Source of the DNA: Ophelia neglecta
Lineage: Eukaryota
Reading direction: 5' to 3'
NCBI GenBank assembly: GCA_965285935.1
Contig: OZ260664.1
Location: 15,996,001-16,060,000 of the forward strand
Length of the DNA stretch: 64,000 bases
How positions within the stretch are numbered: position 1 is the stretch's first letter; every line of letters begins with the position of its first letter. This document shows positions 39,383 through 53,100 of this stretch, piece after piece. The position numbers and the translations under genes were made by a program. The notes below the pieces were generated by a model. The model did not search any database and was not told the DNA's origin. It worked only from the letters and a program-made list of their open reading frames with translations.

Positions 39383-39930
39383 TTAGTCTTATATCGTCCT
39401 CCACCCTCCACGATAAATGGCCTACCTCCAGACACATTTTTGGAGGAATGGTGCTGTTATTTGGGCTACCCTTACACCATTATACTAGATATCTTCACAG
39501 TTGGGGACTGCTTGGAAGCAATGGGCAAGTGCAGCATGTCAAATCTCCTACCCATGTAAAGGTACATTTACTAGTGTTGGTCATAACCAGGGAAAATGTA
39601 TGGCAACAGTGGTCACCTGGCTTTCTGTCTTGATATTTCATAAGTCAAGCCACCAAGGGAAATTAAAACAGTGACTTTCAGACAGTTCAAAAATGTTGAT
39701 CTCTCTAAATGTAAGGAGGAACTAGTTAGTTGTGGAGAGCTCACTAATACCGAGGGCTGTTGAGGCCCTAGTTTCACTTTATAATTGCAATCTTTTGAAA
39801 TTGATTGAAGATCATCATTTGGAGTATTTTATTCAGTACAAAAACAGTCAGGCTTAAATCTAAATGGTAAACTGAGGAAGGTGGTGAGGCAGACACATTT
39901 AGAGACAAACTGGGAGACAGGTGCGAAACC
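39383..39930 (+). mobile_element. Degenerate L2/CR1-type LINE endonuclease fragment
   Basis: LVLYRPPPS..NGL and QHVKSPTHVKVHLLVLVITRE resemble the YRPP and QHV..PTH..GH.LDLVITR motifs of APE endonucleases. Frames are disrupted. Confidence 0.7.
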
Positions 39931-41154
39931 CCGGCCTGACTGAAAGGAATATGTTTATCTCTCTACTGAGATTATTTCATCTTTCCTTTATCTTATCTGT
40001 CTCGTTATCAAACACGCTACATACCAAAACGTCAACAGGTTTTGCTTTTTGGCTTCATGGCGCCACATGGTTATGTAATATCGAGAGAGAACAGCAGCTG
40101 TAGCTACTTTTTTTACACTGTTCAACAACTATGCCAATCACTATGTGTAATGATTATGCGCCAGTCAACGGTTACTTTTACACCTTTGGGTTTACTTTAC
40201 TATTTACTTATAAACAAAGATAATAGTAACAATATTTATCAAGCACTCTGTGGCTTTTGATCGTTCTGCTTTATTAAGAAATATCTACATGGCAATAAAT
40301 AGTCTGTTTTCTTAAATGCATTTCTTAATATAACCTTGCAACCAGTACAAATGCCGAAAGCCCATTTCCACCAATGTTAACTATATCTTTTCTACAACCA
40401 CTGTCAAACGGCACAATGAGACAGTGGCCACAATGTGAAATAGCATCACGAATAGACCATATTCTGGGTTTTATACTAGAAGGAATTATACATAGTAAAA
40501 GTGAGAAATCAAAAGCTTAGTTTCCACCAGGGGATTGCCATTTCACGTGTGCTTGGTGGCACACTTAATCAAATATATAATATATGTGTGAACACTAGGT
40601 TTCGTTCTGATTCTCAGCAGGCAAGAAGGGATGTGATGTCACGGGTTTGCAATATACTTTTGCTTTTTACAAATACGTTGGCACGTGCGTTCAAGAATGT
40701 AGACCGTCACAACACAAGGAATACTGGCTTACAATATCCCAGTTATATAAATTATGCTTCACATAGTCATGTCGGCCAGTAATAAATAGAAGGTATAAAA
40801 TATCTGAAACAGTTGAGTATCTCTATTTAGTCCCCCTATTATATACACGTCTAATATATTCTGTGTTTTTGTGATGAATTCATTCCTCCTCTATGTGTCT
40901 TGATGAGCCTTCTGAGTTTGGTCGACTCAAAGTTCATTATCACGACAATCATAATATATCAAAAGCATATATAAACGCATTATGTAGTACATAAAGTTTT
41001 AAAAAAATGCAAAATATATTTCATGTCGCAAGTAAAAATAATAACGAAAGCAATATAGAGCTGCTTTGAACATATGAAGAGTTCAAATCATATATTAAAA
41101 AATGCAATGCTCCAACGAGAATGGTATTCATTTCACTCCGCAGTTCCGGCTGTA

Positions 41155-44100
41155 TTAAATGTGTAAAATGTTCTGCTCATCTGGTTTATCTACCAAGGAG
41201 TCTACAGCAGAAGGACTGGGTGGTTTTTCAGGCTGAGGGGCACTTGGACCGGCGGTAGAGCCACGGCCATCTTGTTTATCCGTGGCCTGGGTTGGACTTG
41301 AGATATCCCCAAGAGCGGTACTTTGAGACTTATTGTGTTTCACAATTTTACGTAGTATCCGAGCCTGGTCCTTCTCTTCTCTATTTTGCTTTTCGGCTAT
41401 TTCCTATTGAACATAGAAAATCAAGTGTATATAGGAGCTTGAGAAGTACAATGATTTCCTTTCATGCACAAAATATATACATTGCAATTACTAAATTTTA
41501 CTCTGCAATTATATCACATAGTTAAAGTCATTTTGAAGACGCTAATTGAATGCATAGTTTTGAAGGAATTTCATAATACCCACATTCTGTCGCATTTTGC
41601 GCTACTCAGGTTAACTTAAACCAACTCATATGTCACTAATAATTAGAACTTCCTGTGAAGCACTAGAAGTTTTGCGTGGTCTAACCTGTTGACGCTGTTT
41701 TTCCAACAAATAATTTATGTTTGTTGCCATTTCCCGGATGCGCGGATCCTCCTCGTTGTGTTTTCTAGAGCTCAGGCATAGCGCTCGATTGGTTGGGAAA
41801 AAATCGTAGTTCATTTCTCTTTTCTGCATAAGAAATAATCTATTGAGTAACGTAACGTAATTGATCGACAAAACACTTCTTTTATGATATTCACAGAATG
41901 TACCGGAAGATTCTTCTATTTTACCAACTTCAGAATGCCCAAGTCACCTTACATTTAAGACATTTTGATGTTCCATAATGAAAAACGTACTTTGTACATT
42001 TCATAATTGTATTCAATAGAAGGATCAGTCATAGTGTTTCTGCGTACATTGGTAAATTCTGAACTTACCAAATTGGCCACATAGTAATCCAGAGCAGTAT
42101 AGTCATTAGAGTTAGTGTTTTCCAGATAAATGAAGTAGTACATGTAAGACCACATATTGTGTTCCTGTTTGTAGTGATAACGAAAGCCCTGAATAAAAAT
42201 GGAAACAAACATAGCAGCTTTAAACTATTGCTCTCGAGATTTTGTGATTTTGTTTAATTTATGTTGTGGTAGGATCGTGGCTTTCCTCGGGATACGAATC
42301 CAAATATTCCAGCAAACCAATTATTTGATTCTAAGCCATATTTCAGCAGAATATTGGAACAGTCGGAAATGTTTGTTCCTGTATATACGATTTTCAAATT
42401 TTACCTTTATTAAAGCCAAAAATGTATTACCTTAGAGTGGTGCTCAAATTCATAGCTTGAAATGCTGCATATGAAACACAAGTCCTGCATATCCTTCCCC
42501 GCTTGATACTACAACGCATATGTACTCAATAAAAACATAGCTCAAGGTATTTCAAGATAATAATATCAATACGGATAACCATCGTGCGGCAGATACGCAC
42601 GCAGTCCGCCGGTTGGGCTGGCTTTCAATGTTTTATTTAGATAGATTGATAGATTGTTGATTAGAAATACCTTGTGTACATGTGTCATATTTATTTATCA
42701 TAAGAACATGGGTAAAAATTATTTTATATGAAATGATTAGAATTAAGATATGACTCACCTTCGTGTCCCTTAGTTCTGAAAACGTGTCCACGATGATACC
42801 AAATATAATATTAAGACCAATCGTGGTAAAGAAGATAAAGAAAGTGACTTGGTACAAGGTCAATAACCCAAATTCATAAAATGAGTTTGATAACTCGTTC
42901 AGTTGAATTATCTGCAAAAGAAGCAATATGGCACTTAAATTGAAGCAATACAACTTAACCGTTTGTGCTCCCATACAATTCAAATTTGGCACTTTTATGT
43001 TTTTTTTATCTCTTAAATATAACCATGCATATTTCTGTTTTCCAAAGGAAATATTTTGAACTAGAAATGAGGTACTGAAGTGACAGAAACAAAAGCCTAC
43101 CTCGGGGAGCATGTCTGTCATACCCCATCTTAACACGGTAACTGTACATTCATATAAATACCGACAGTACAGTTCATTCTTACTAATGAACACAGGGCGA
43201 AAGAAGGCAAACCCCACAAGGGCGTATATGTAAAGTACAATAAAACCGAGAACAGCAACCCACAGCAAAGACTTTCCTAGAAAATGATTAACAAGGTTTT
43301 AAAATGCAATGAGTAGGACGTTTAGTTTGGGATTCTGATATGTAATATTTATATGTGATTTCTAAGAGGTATATGCCTGTAGATGACTCCAGAACGATTT
43401 CGTCATTTCCTTTTAAATCTAGCGTTCTTGCTGTGTAATAAAAAAAGGTGTAAGACTAATTATTAACAGTCTAAAGTAAGGTTTACCGTTCTGGGTTACG
43501 GCTCGGATGACACCTTGCAGGAGTTCATTGATGGTGACAATGTGGAGCAAATGAAATGCAAACAAATACCCGTCCGTAAGTGTTCCACCAATTGACATAG
43601 CCAAAAGTGTCTGAAAGAAACTCAGTAATGTTAGTTTCCATTGAAATAAAATGGATACATTATTGCTTATGGTCGTTTTTGGTTACTTTGGTCTATGTAT
43701 TAAAGTTGCAAATCCTTCCTTGTCTCCGAAAACAGCTAATAGAGTATCGTTTTAAGGAACTTTGGGTATACAAAGGGCGTTTCATTATTCCACTTACAAA
43801 CTGGTAAAAGGTGGCAAAGGAAAAGAAGCGGGTTTCTGATTCCCTGCTAGTGTCTTTAGGTTCCCTCATGTCATCTTCCAATCTGATATCGCCACGCTCT
43901 TGGACAGAGCCAAAATGCCTGTGAAATTGAGAAGATGTTAATCCTATCTTATTATGCTCAATCAGGTTTCACACATTAAGAAAACATGTATATGGACAAT
44001 ACAATTTTAAGAGTGTTCATTTAATTTTGCTGATTTCTGTGCTTTATTAAAAGTTTAATCCTAGTTCAAACCTTTTAAAATAGTTCGATACATTTATAGT

Positions 44101-47100
44101 CAAGCCTGGGTTGGATAAAGACACACAGTAGATAAACTAAAACATTTGGCAGCACAAGAATTGTTCATCACAACCTTCAAGATGTTAACCAATTCATAAA
44201 CAGAGCAGTGATAATAGCACCAGAAAGCAAGAATCAACTCAATGGATTGAATCAACAGGGAACCGAAAGGGACAAAATGCAGGCCCAACACTGTACACCA
44301 GCAAGTTTTATTCTAGCAGTTGTCTCCTTTAAACAACACTCAAACGCTCATACATTGCGGGTAAAAGGGACTTATTACTGAATTATTATTATTTGAAGCA
44401 GCAACTATATAATACATCATGCTTTACCTTATTACGGTCCCACTTATAACGAATATATCAAGGTAAATATAAACAAATACATGATATAATGTTATTTTGG
44501 GGACATGCTCGCTAAGTAGACATTTTTCATTAACAAATGTCTTTTGCAAGAACCAAACCGTCAACCATTAATACAAATGAAAATTTCGTGTTTTCCATTA
44601 TGTCATTCGTTCTTGCAAAGCATACCAATTTTTCATTTTGATTTTAAATTACCTCAAGCCATTATACTGGTTATTTGAATAGCAACTTATTTCTAACTAT
44701 GCTCATCTTTCCCATACAATGATTAGATGCAGCCACACAACACATGAACTGCTTAAATTACTTAAAATAAACTATTTAAAAACTAAATCAATTATTAAGC
44801 AAAAACCATGGTCCATTCATTCCTCAAATTCAATTATTTCATCATACTTTCTCATTGCATATGACCCAACTTTTGTTACATTACTTCCCTAAGATTATAC
44901 TGATTTAATCTTATATTGTATTGAAACTTTAGAAACAACACGATTACTAAGCTGTCATTACAGATAACGAAATAAAAGAACGTATTCGAAAAAGATATAT
45001 TTTTTCTTAAAAGATACAAAGATGAGAAATGTGCGGAAGGAGAACCTTAGATATTTCCATTAAATTCAAACCATAAGTTGAACAGTAGTGATATTTTTTC
45101 TCATATTATACTCACTTCCCAAACCACCTTGATATTCGAGTTGTATCTGGAAGACGAGGGTGCTCCGACAGGAAGTAGCTAATGAGGACCAGCAATGAGA
45201 AGCAATTGTGGACGATACCTAATCCCATCAGTGCCTTGTCATACACACCTTTGTCTATCCTAAAGATGGGCCATGGACTGGAAAAAGAGAAAGCGAAATG
45301 ATGGCTACTATATATCAGTGAAATACGTCTTTTACGACGTATACTCTTATATCTAATAATTTTTAATGAAACTTACTTGCGGATCTCACGAGGTAAGTCA
45401 GAAGCAGTTGGAGATACATCATCTGCTGTGAAAGGAGCAATCCAAGTGCACAACATAAAAATGTTGATCACAACACTAAGGAATATTATAAAAACATTCC
45501 ACATTTTTCTGGAAATAAATAATAAGAATATCTCTTAGAAAGAGGAGGAAAAAAACAACGTTTACTCAATAGTTAACCATTGATACTAGTTGTAAATTAG
45601 ATCTTCACACATTGGATTTCTTTCCACTAGTCGTCAATATCGAACATTTGATCGAACAAGTTTAGATAAACAATTTTGACAATGTCTCCTTACCTTTTGT
45701 TGCAGATGATTTTTGTAATTGGGTTGGAAATGACCTTCTGGTGGTAGGAAATGTCTCTTATGATAACCTTGGACCAGAGCATAAAGTCCCTAATTTTCAT
45801 ACTAGGAGACGATCGATCAATATTCCATTTTAGTTTTTCCTTGATTTCATTCCTTATCAGATTCTATACTCCAGTAATAAATTAAGACATACCGTTAATA
45901 ATTACGTGTTCTTAATTCTTTATCACGCCTAAGGAGAGTACGTACTTGCCAATTATATTTATATACATAGTAAACAACAAGTTGTCCTAGTACACTTGAT
46001 CGTATAACAACTTACACTATCTGGGACATAGAAGTATGCCCTCTGTAAATAATCATCTTTGATAATTTCCACACTGTGAATTCTTGATTGGTAATAGTCC
46101 AACGCCCATACTACGTCATGTTGCTTCTCTTCTTCAAGCAGATTCCCTTAAGAAAAAGCAAGTTTCTTCGCTTGGGAACATTATCCGATTAACGAAAATA
46201 GGTTAAAGCAGCCAAAGCCAGTTTCATTAAATATATATTTACAAATATATAGTTAAAATCAAAAGGGTCGACTTACTACTCAAATTTTACTTTCACTTGC
46301 TTGGAATGAACGTTAGCATTATTAAGTTGACAATTCACTTGAATAAATAAAATAAGTGCTGTAAGCCTTGAGAATATGAGCAACTGTTCAAGTTATACAC
46401 AACTACATGCTCTCGTGATTTGCTTCGTGATTCTCTTATAGTGAAAATGAGAGGCTAAGGGTTGACGTCGATAGGATAAAATGTCATCAAGAGCCAAACT
46501 TAACAAAATGGATTTTATTATAGTTCGTTCATCAAAATTAAAAACTGACCCAAAGAACTTTTTCAAACACGAAATGAAAGGAAAATTACGACCTAACCTA
46601 ATACTTACCCCTTAAGACAGCTAGAAAAATACCATAATAATATTATCAATTTGATATATTCTTATTCGTTTAAATGTCAGTGCTGATGACGATAGGTTTA
46701 CGATGAGAGTTAATGTAGATGGAACAGAGGCATGATAAGAGACAGTATTCTTACCCAGATCTTCTTTTCTAACATCATGAAGTCTAGCGTAGACAATGTA
46801 GAATTGACATCCTACTTTCTTCGCTAAAGTTACCTAAAATATAAATTCATCATATACCAATATTTTCCTGACGTACTTTTAATACTACGATGCCCCGTAG
46901 CGCGGTAGAGCACTGGTAGCATACCCATCCTAAAGCCTTGGGGTCTAGGTTTCGACCCTATACCGGCGGCACCGCGTGGGCCCCTGGGCAAGAACCTTCA
47001 TCTTTCATGTTGGACTCCTTTACTGTAACATTAGTCATTTAGCGCCAGTGCCTGCAAATGGTGAATGCTCCGCAAGGAGTTGAGAATGCTCTGGACAGAA

Positions 47101-50100
47101 CAGGTCCAGTGAACGGGGAGGTAATTGTAAAGTCCTGAGAGCAGGCTCGCCTGGATCAAGTCAATAAGCCGAATACCTTGACCTTTAGCTCAATGGTATA
47201 GACTACAAGTCTTACTTCTTACGGATTTACAATGGAAATATATTCTGATAGGCCTTGCTTTCATTCGAAGATTGTTGTTAATTGGAAATTTGTTCACATC
47301 TTTTTTGAGTTTGAACTGGTATAATTTGATGGGCAAAGGGATTGCATTCATTGACTAATTTATGCATTTTTTGTCTTATTTTTTCCCATCTCCCATATAT
47401 TTTTCAATTTAGCCGATGCAAACTATAGTTCTAACGAATTATGACCTAAGGATATATTACTCACATGGCTTTTGTCATTGTCGAATATTGCAAAATGCTT
47501 GAAAGATGTATTTCGATGATTGAATCTAGACCATTTAGCCTAAAAGAGAACATAGACACGACATAAGATAGGTATTCAGGCATACGACAATGAAATAAAA
47601 GTTTTAGTGGCATTTAGCATCAACCAAGCAGCTCCCACAGACACACAGGCCCTCCTACCTTAACAATATTGCCAGAATAAGATTAACGTACCATCTGTGA
47701 TATGGCGTAGCATCTTGAAATGACGATGTTCAAGGCGTTGATATCTAGAGTATTGGCAATATCCTTAAAAAAGACAAATTTCTGAATAAAACTATTTTTC
47801 ATGTAATAGTTCAAATACTTTCATAAAGGAAAATACCGATTATGAAATATCAACTTTTCTGTCTTTGACATATTCGTATTAATGAATAGTGTATCAGTAT
47901 TTCATTCAGCCATATAAATTGTGCGCGGAATAAGTCAAATCAGATGAAAATAAAACAACAGACTCTATAAACAGCGAAGATAAATGTAATTTTATCTGTA
48001 TTATGTGTTCGCTTAATAGTGTGGCATGGGTATTTGATTTGTACATGACATTATATAAAATATATCTACTAATATATCACAGGATCAGGACACAAAACTC
48101 ACAGTTGCTATTTCCATTGCCTCCGGACCACTCTCTTCGATAAGGGAGATCAAGAGGTCAGCAATAATTTTGTACAGCTTCAGTACCTTTGTGATCATAA
48201 ATGTAACATTAGCTACAATTAGTCAATAAAAGTGCTTTCATTTTATGCTTGGATAACAACGCAGTGAAAATGAAAGAAAACGAAATATAGCATATGCTAT
48301 ATAGCATTTAATACACTCGCTGATATTTTGTCTATCGATTACCTTTCCTATTGGGCAATCAGAGAAAGAATCCCGCCTCAAAATAAAATTGATATAATCA
48401 ACAATTTTGTTATCCAGCGTCACATGGCGGTTTTCCTGGTTGCCCTAAATGAACAAGAAAACGAAAGAAAAGGATTTTTTTTTTGCAATTTATACAAACA
48501 AGAAATTACATAGGAGAAATGAGGCATATATAGTCTATTTTTTGGCATGATCGGGATGTAAACCGCATTGTTTTCTGCTAACATAGCTTTAGAAGTGCTA
48601 ACATAAAACCACCGTTCTTACATAATATTACATAGTTCGATTACCCTTAGAGCATACTACTTATAAAAAATTAATTATAGCGAGGAAAAGAAACTTAATT
48701 TAACAAAGGCAAAGCTGTAACCTGAGTGATTAACAAAACATTTTATTTGATCCATTACGGATCATTTAAATCTCGTCCTTTGGACTTTGATTTAAATGAT
48801 AAGGGAGCACCAATGTCACACTGTCACACTATACAAATATACTTACTGCACACATATCATTCAGACTTTTGAACAATGCATGAGCCAGATCTATAGAATC
48901 TGGGTCAATTTTCGTATACAGTACACCCGTGTACTGAGCTACTGAAGCTACCAAATTGAAGCCATGGAGATTATCTGGCTGTTCCCGACAATAGTCCTGA
49001 AATTTCAATTACAATTTAGGTGATAATATTTTTTATTGTAGTGTCTCCTGGTTCATATTTCACAGGCTAGTTTCAGTTTTCTTTTGTCATAAGTTTATGT
49101 GTTCTTGATGTATCGCGAAGGGGGGCTAGGCATTTTTCTTAACCGGACTGCTAATGCGCCTGCTGCAGTTTGCTTTCTCAAAATATTTCAAAACCTTGTT
49201 TCCACATAAGTGCTTTATCATTATGAAAAGGGGTTACTTTTTAAAGCAACAAAGCAACAAATATAAAAAAGTCATTGAAATTTCATTTCTTGTCTGAATG
49301 GGCTTAAGGGCCATAATTGCAATTGAAAATAAGGCATTAGTCACCATTATTAAATAAAGAAGTGACCACTTGATAATTTACATAGCAAGGCCAACGGATG
49401 AATCGCACGTATTTTTCATAAAAAGCTGGAACTATTAAATTAATTAATCCCTTACCTGCATACCACGGTGATGGCCATCGCAAAAGTTGGCAAGTACTTG
49501 CAGTATCAGTTGCACAGTTGTATCATGCAATTTGCCAATATTTTCTCCATGTGTTTCTGCATCTTGTAGATATTCGTCTACGTGATCTTTCTAATAAGAA
49601 TGAGATTAGAGTTTAAGGTTCAATAATGGAATGACAAAATAAGTCAATAACAATCTACAAACGGCAGTAGACCTTGTTGAATTAAATCATCCACCTTGTA
49701 AATTTGAGATGAAGTCATCCATGCATTATTTGCTTTTCCTTCAAGGTCATCAGTGGAGACAGAAACCTTTCCTTTTCTTTTATTCTTTGGGAAATTCCAC
49801 CAATTCAATGCGTTCTGCATTTTCAAAAAGGTGTGCTTGCATCATACAATCACACAAAATCCGTCATAACGTCAAAGTACAATTTCCTTCAGACCGGAAC
49901 ACCTAATTATACCAACCTTGGACTTCGATTTAGAATCCTCGTTATGACATGCTTCAGCTTTGACCTTTTTCTCCACCTGTCTCCTAAAAAATTGAAATTC
50001 GATGAGAAGATGATAGCAAAATTAGCCTAATGTACAAAAAAGCATAGCGTTTATGTCATGGTTTGAGCTAGTTTTTATGATTAAATAGGTAGTTGTGACC

Positions 50101-53100
50101 GTCGCTTTTGTTAATTCATGTATCAGCATTGTTTACCTTTCTTTAGTTACAATCGCAGAATGTGTCAGGTAATCTTTCACAAACATGAAGAAAACCTCTT
50201 CTCGAGTGCTTATGAAAAAGCGTAATGCAATGTCCTGTATATAAAAATATATAAGTTAACATAGTCCAACAGTTCTTTATGAAAAGGCATAGCAATATAC
50301 TTACAAATTAAAATGGTAGTTATCATTTTGAGAATTTGTATGTTGCTCCCTAACTATGCATATTGATGTCCATTAACATGTATTAAGTGCAAACCAAATA
50401 TGAACACAACTGCATTCAATATATTCATTATCCGCCCTACACTTTCGTGCATTAAATCCAAGTAGACAGATGAAAGTGGAAGTTTTAGCAATGAATACAC
50501 AACCTGTACGCTATTGTTTGCAGAATACAATATAGTGCCGAGAAGGGCAAGGCATTCTCTGAATATCCGCGTATTTTGTAGCGCCATCAATTTGCATAAA
50601 ATGGCGACCAACCCTTTGCTGGTGTATAGATTTTGGAGTTTTCGTATGTTCTTCATCCTCCTGATAAATATAAAGATTCCAGCCAGGATCGAATATTGGG
50701 AACGGAGTAAAGGCGTCCTTTGATTTAAGAGTTGTTATCACTAAAACAGTGAAATTTCTTAAAGGACTAGTACTGTTAAAGGGAAACGAATTATTGTAGT
50801 TGTTAACGGCTTATTATCTGACCTTTTGTACTTTTCACTTGTGATGGCTGATTCTATAGGGACGAGCACAATGTTGTTATGGATCAATCCACGGAGCACC
50901 TGTAGACAGGTCAATTCCAGCTGTCCATCCCCCTTATAATGTCCAGCCATCTTTAGGTTTGATGCAATCCTGAGAATATATAGTAATTGTATTTTATATT
51001 ACTGTGTTTAATACAACACAATCTTGCCTTTATTATCTTATGATAAAACATTGCCTAGGTCACGGTATATCGTTACAATTTAGGATTCTTAATTACTTAA
51101 TTAATGATTGTTGAATTACACAGTAATCAAACATTGTTACTAGAATCAAAAGATATTTAAAACGGTCCTTCCTTACTCCAACTGTTTAATAAGGGAGTCA
51201 ACGCCTTCATATCTAATGTACAAATTAGTGGATTTATCCGAAATAAAACACTGGACCAGGTTTTGAAAATCTTCTTTCAGCGGTAGCTCGGTTGCTGTGC
51301 CAAGTGCAGTGTACTCTGTAGTGAAATCAACAAGATATATTTTAGAATAAATGGCGTCTTAAGTCAAACTGATAATTTTTGCGAGCATATCCATAAACAT
51401 TAGGCCTGAGGGTAAAGGTGCTGTTGGAAACATAATGTCCGATATAATTGTGGGTTTTGCAATTCCCTGCGTTTAGACCATTGGCATTTATGATTTGACC
51501 TTGAAATAAAGATATCAGGACATCGACAGTAACAGGAGATCAGCTTGTTGTTTAACAAAGCTCCTTAAGCATAATTAAGGAAAGTCCGTACAATAAACCA
51601 TGTGCACGTCTATGTATTCGAGGTCTTCATATAATGCCCTTATACAAGGGTACACACAATTTACATGAAATAAAGATCAATCACGAAACATTAATATCAT
51701 CATTAGAATTCGGCATAGTTAATTATATGCCAACAGTTTGCTTGTTATCAGGCACTTATGTTTTACAATTCGATGATTACGGGAACTTTTTATGATCTGG
51801 TTGATAAGTGAACTCATTTAGAATTGGATTAAAAGTTTATGCCATCAGATTGGAAAATGTACAATATGATTATGTCAAACATAAAATGGAATGTAACATT
51901 AAAATATACAGTGTAAACCCAGGAACAAGGACAGGGTCAGATTCAAATGCCTGTAGGGTTCCGGTTTAACAGCTTGTGTTCAGCCATGGACACTAATCCA
52001 ACAAAACAATATTTATGTCTGCAACTTCTGGACGGCATGGAATAACATTTGACGAAAAAAAAAACATTTTAAACCAGCCAACGTTTTGAGCTAGATAAGT
52101 TTCGCCAGCCGTAGCGGATAAAACGCACTGTGACAATTTGTTCGGATGAGTATTTTCAATAAATTCTTTTTGTGTACTAGCTTCTTTACTTTATATTCTT
52201 CCCCTCATGGGGAGAGGTTTTCCTTTCAATTGGTCGTTTCAAACAATTAAACATATATATATCTTGCTACATCAATCGTTAGTAATACCGTAATCAGTTA
52301 TTGTGTTATAATGTGCCTTTGCGCAATTAAAAGGTAGTTTTCATGTGAATTAGTTTGACCTTTCTTACCTAAGTGATGATTCCCGGCACTTCTATTCCCT
52401 AGCTGGTCGGAAACTGTGTTTGGTCTGCTTAGGATTCGCATAACATTTGTTACAAAATCCCTTAACTTCTTGTTTATTGCAACCTCTCTTAGCTCGGCAG
52501 GACTCTCCTGGAACAAAATAAATACTTTACAAGATACAGTAAATTGATAAATGGTTCTCAACCGAATCGAGAAAACAGTAAACGGTATCAGCTGCATACC
52601 GACATAATATCCTGTGCTGTAGATATACGTGTTCTGTCACAATAAATGCGTGACTTGTTCACTTTACGCAAGTCACATTACTTGGTACAATCGAGCAGAT
52701 TTTATACCATTTTCCTCTTTAATATGCAGGGATATTTTTAACCAACCTATAGTTTTGTGTTTATGGAGACACTTATTCTCGTTCGTTCAATTGGATTATA
52801 CAATATTAAGTAGGAAGTTGTAAATGGAATGTCCATGGAGAACTTGAACCGTGCAGCTAATATGGGATCATGCTTACATCGCTTATCATGTTATCTTTAT
52901 GCCGTACTTCTTCGTATTTGTGTGGTATCGGCTTCAAAGTGTCTCTTATTTCCTACAAATAAATAAATGTTTTACCATTGATAAGGGTTATTTTTTTTAA
53001 ATTACGGTATCTTCGTATTTTCCTTAATGTGTTGGTTTGTCGCATATTTGGATTAACGAATACATAACTTACAGCCTCTCCATAACCACATTTTTCCATT

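Noticed and set aside
46892-46970. tRNA gene
   Set aside because: A and B boxes are degenerate, there is no cloverleaf, and it continues into SINE body sequence.
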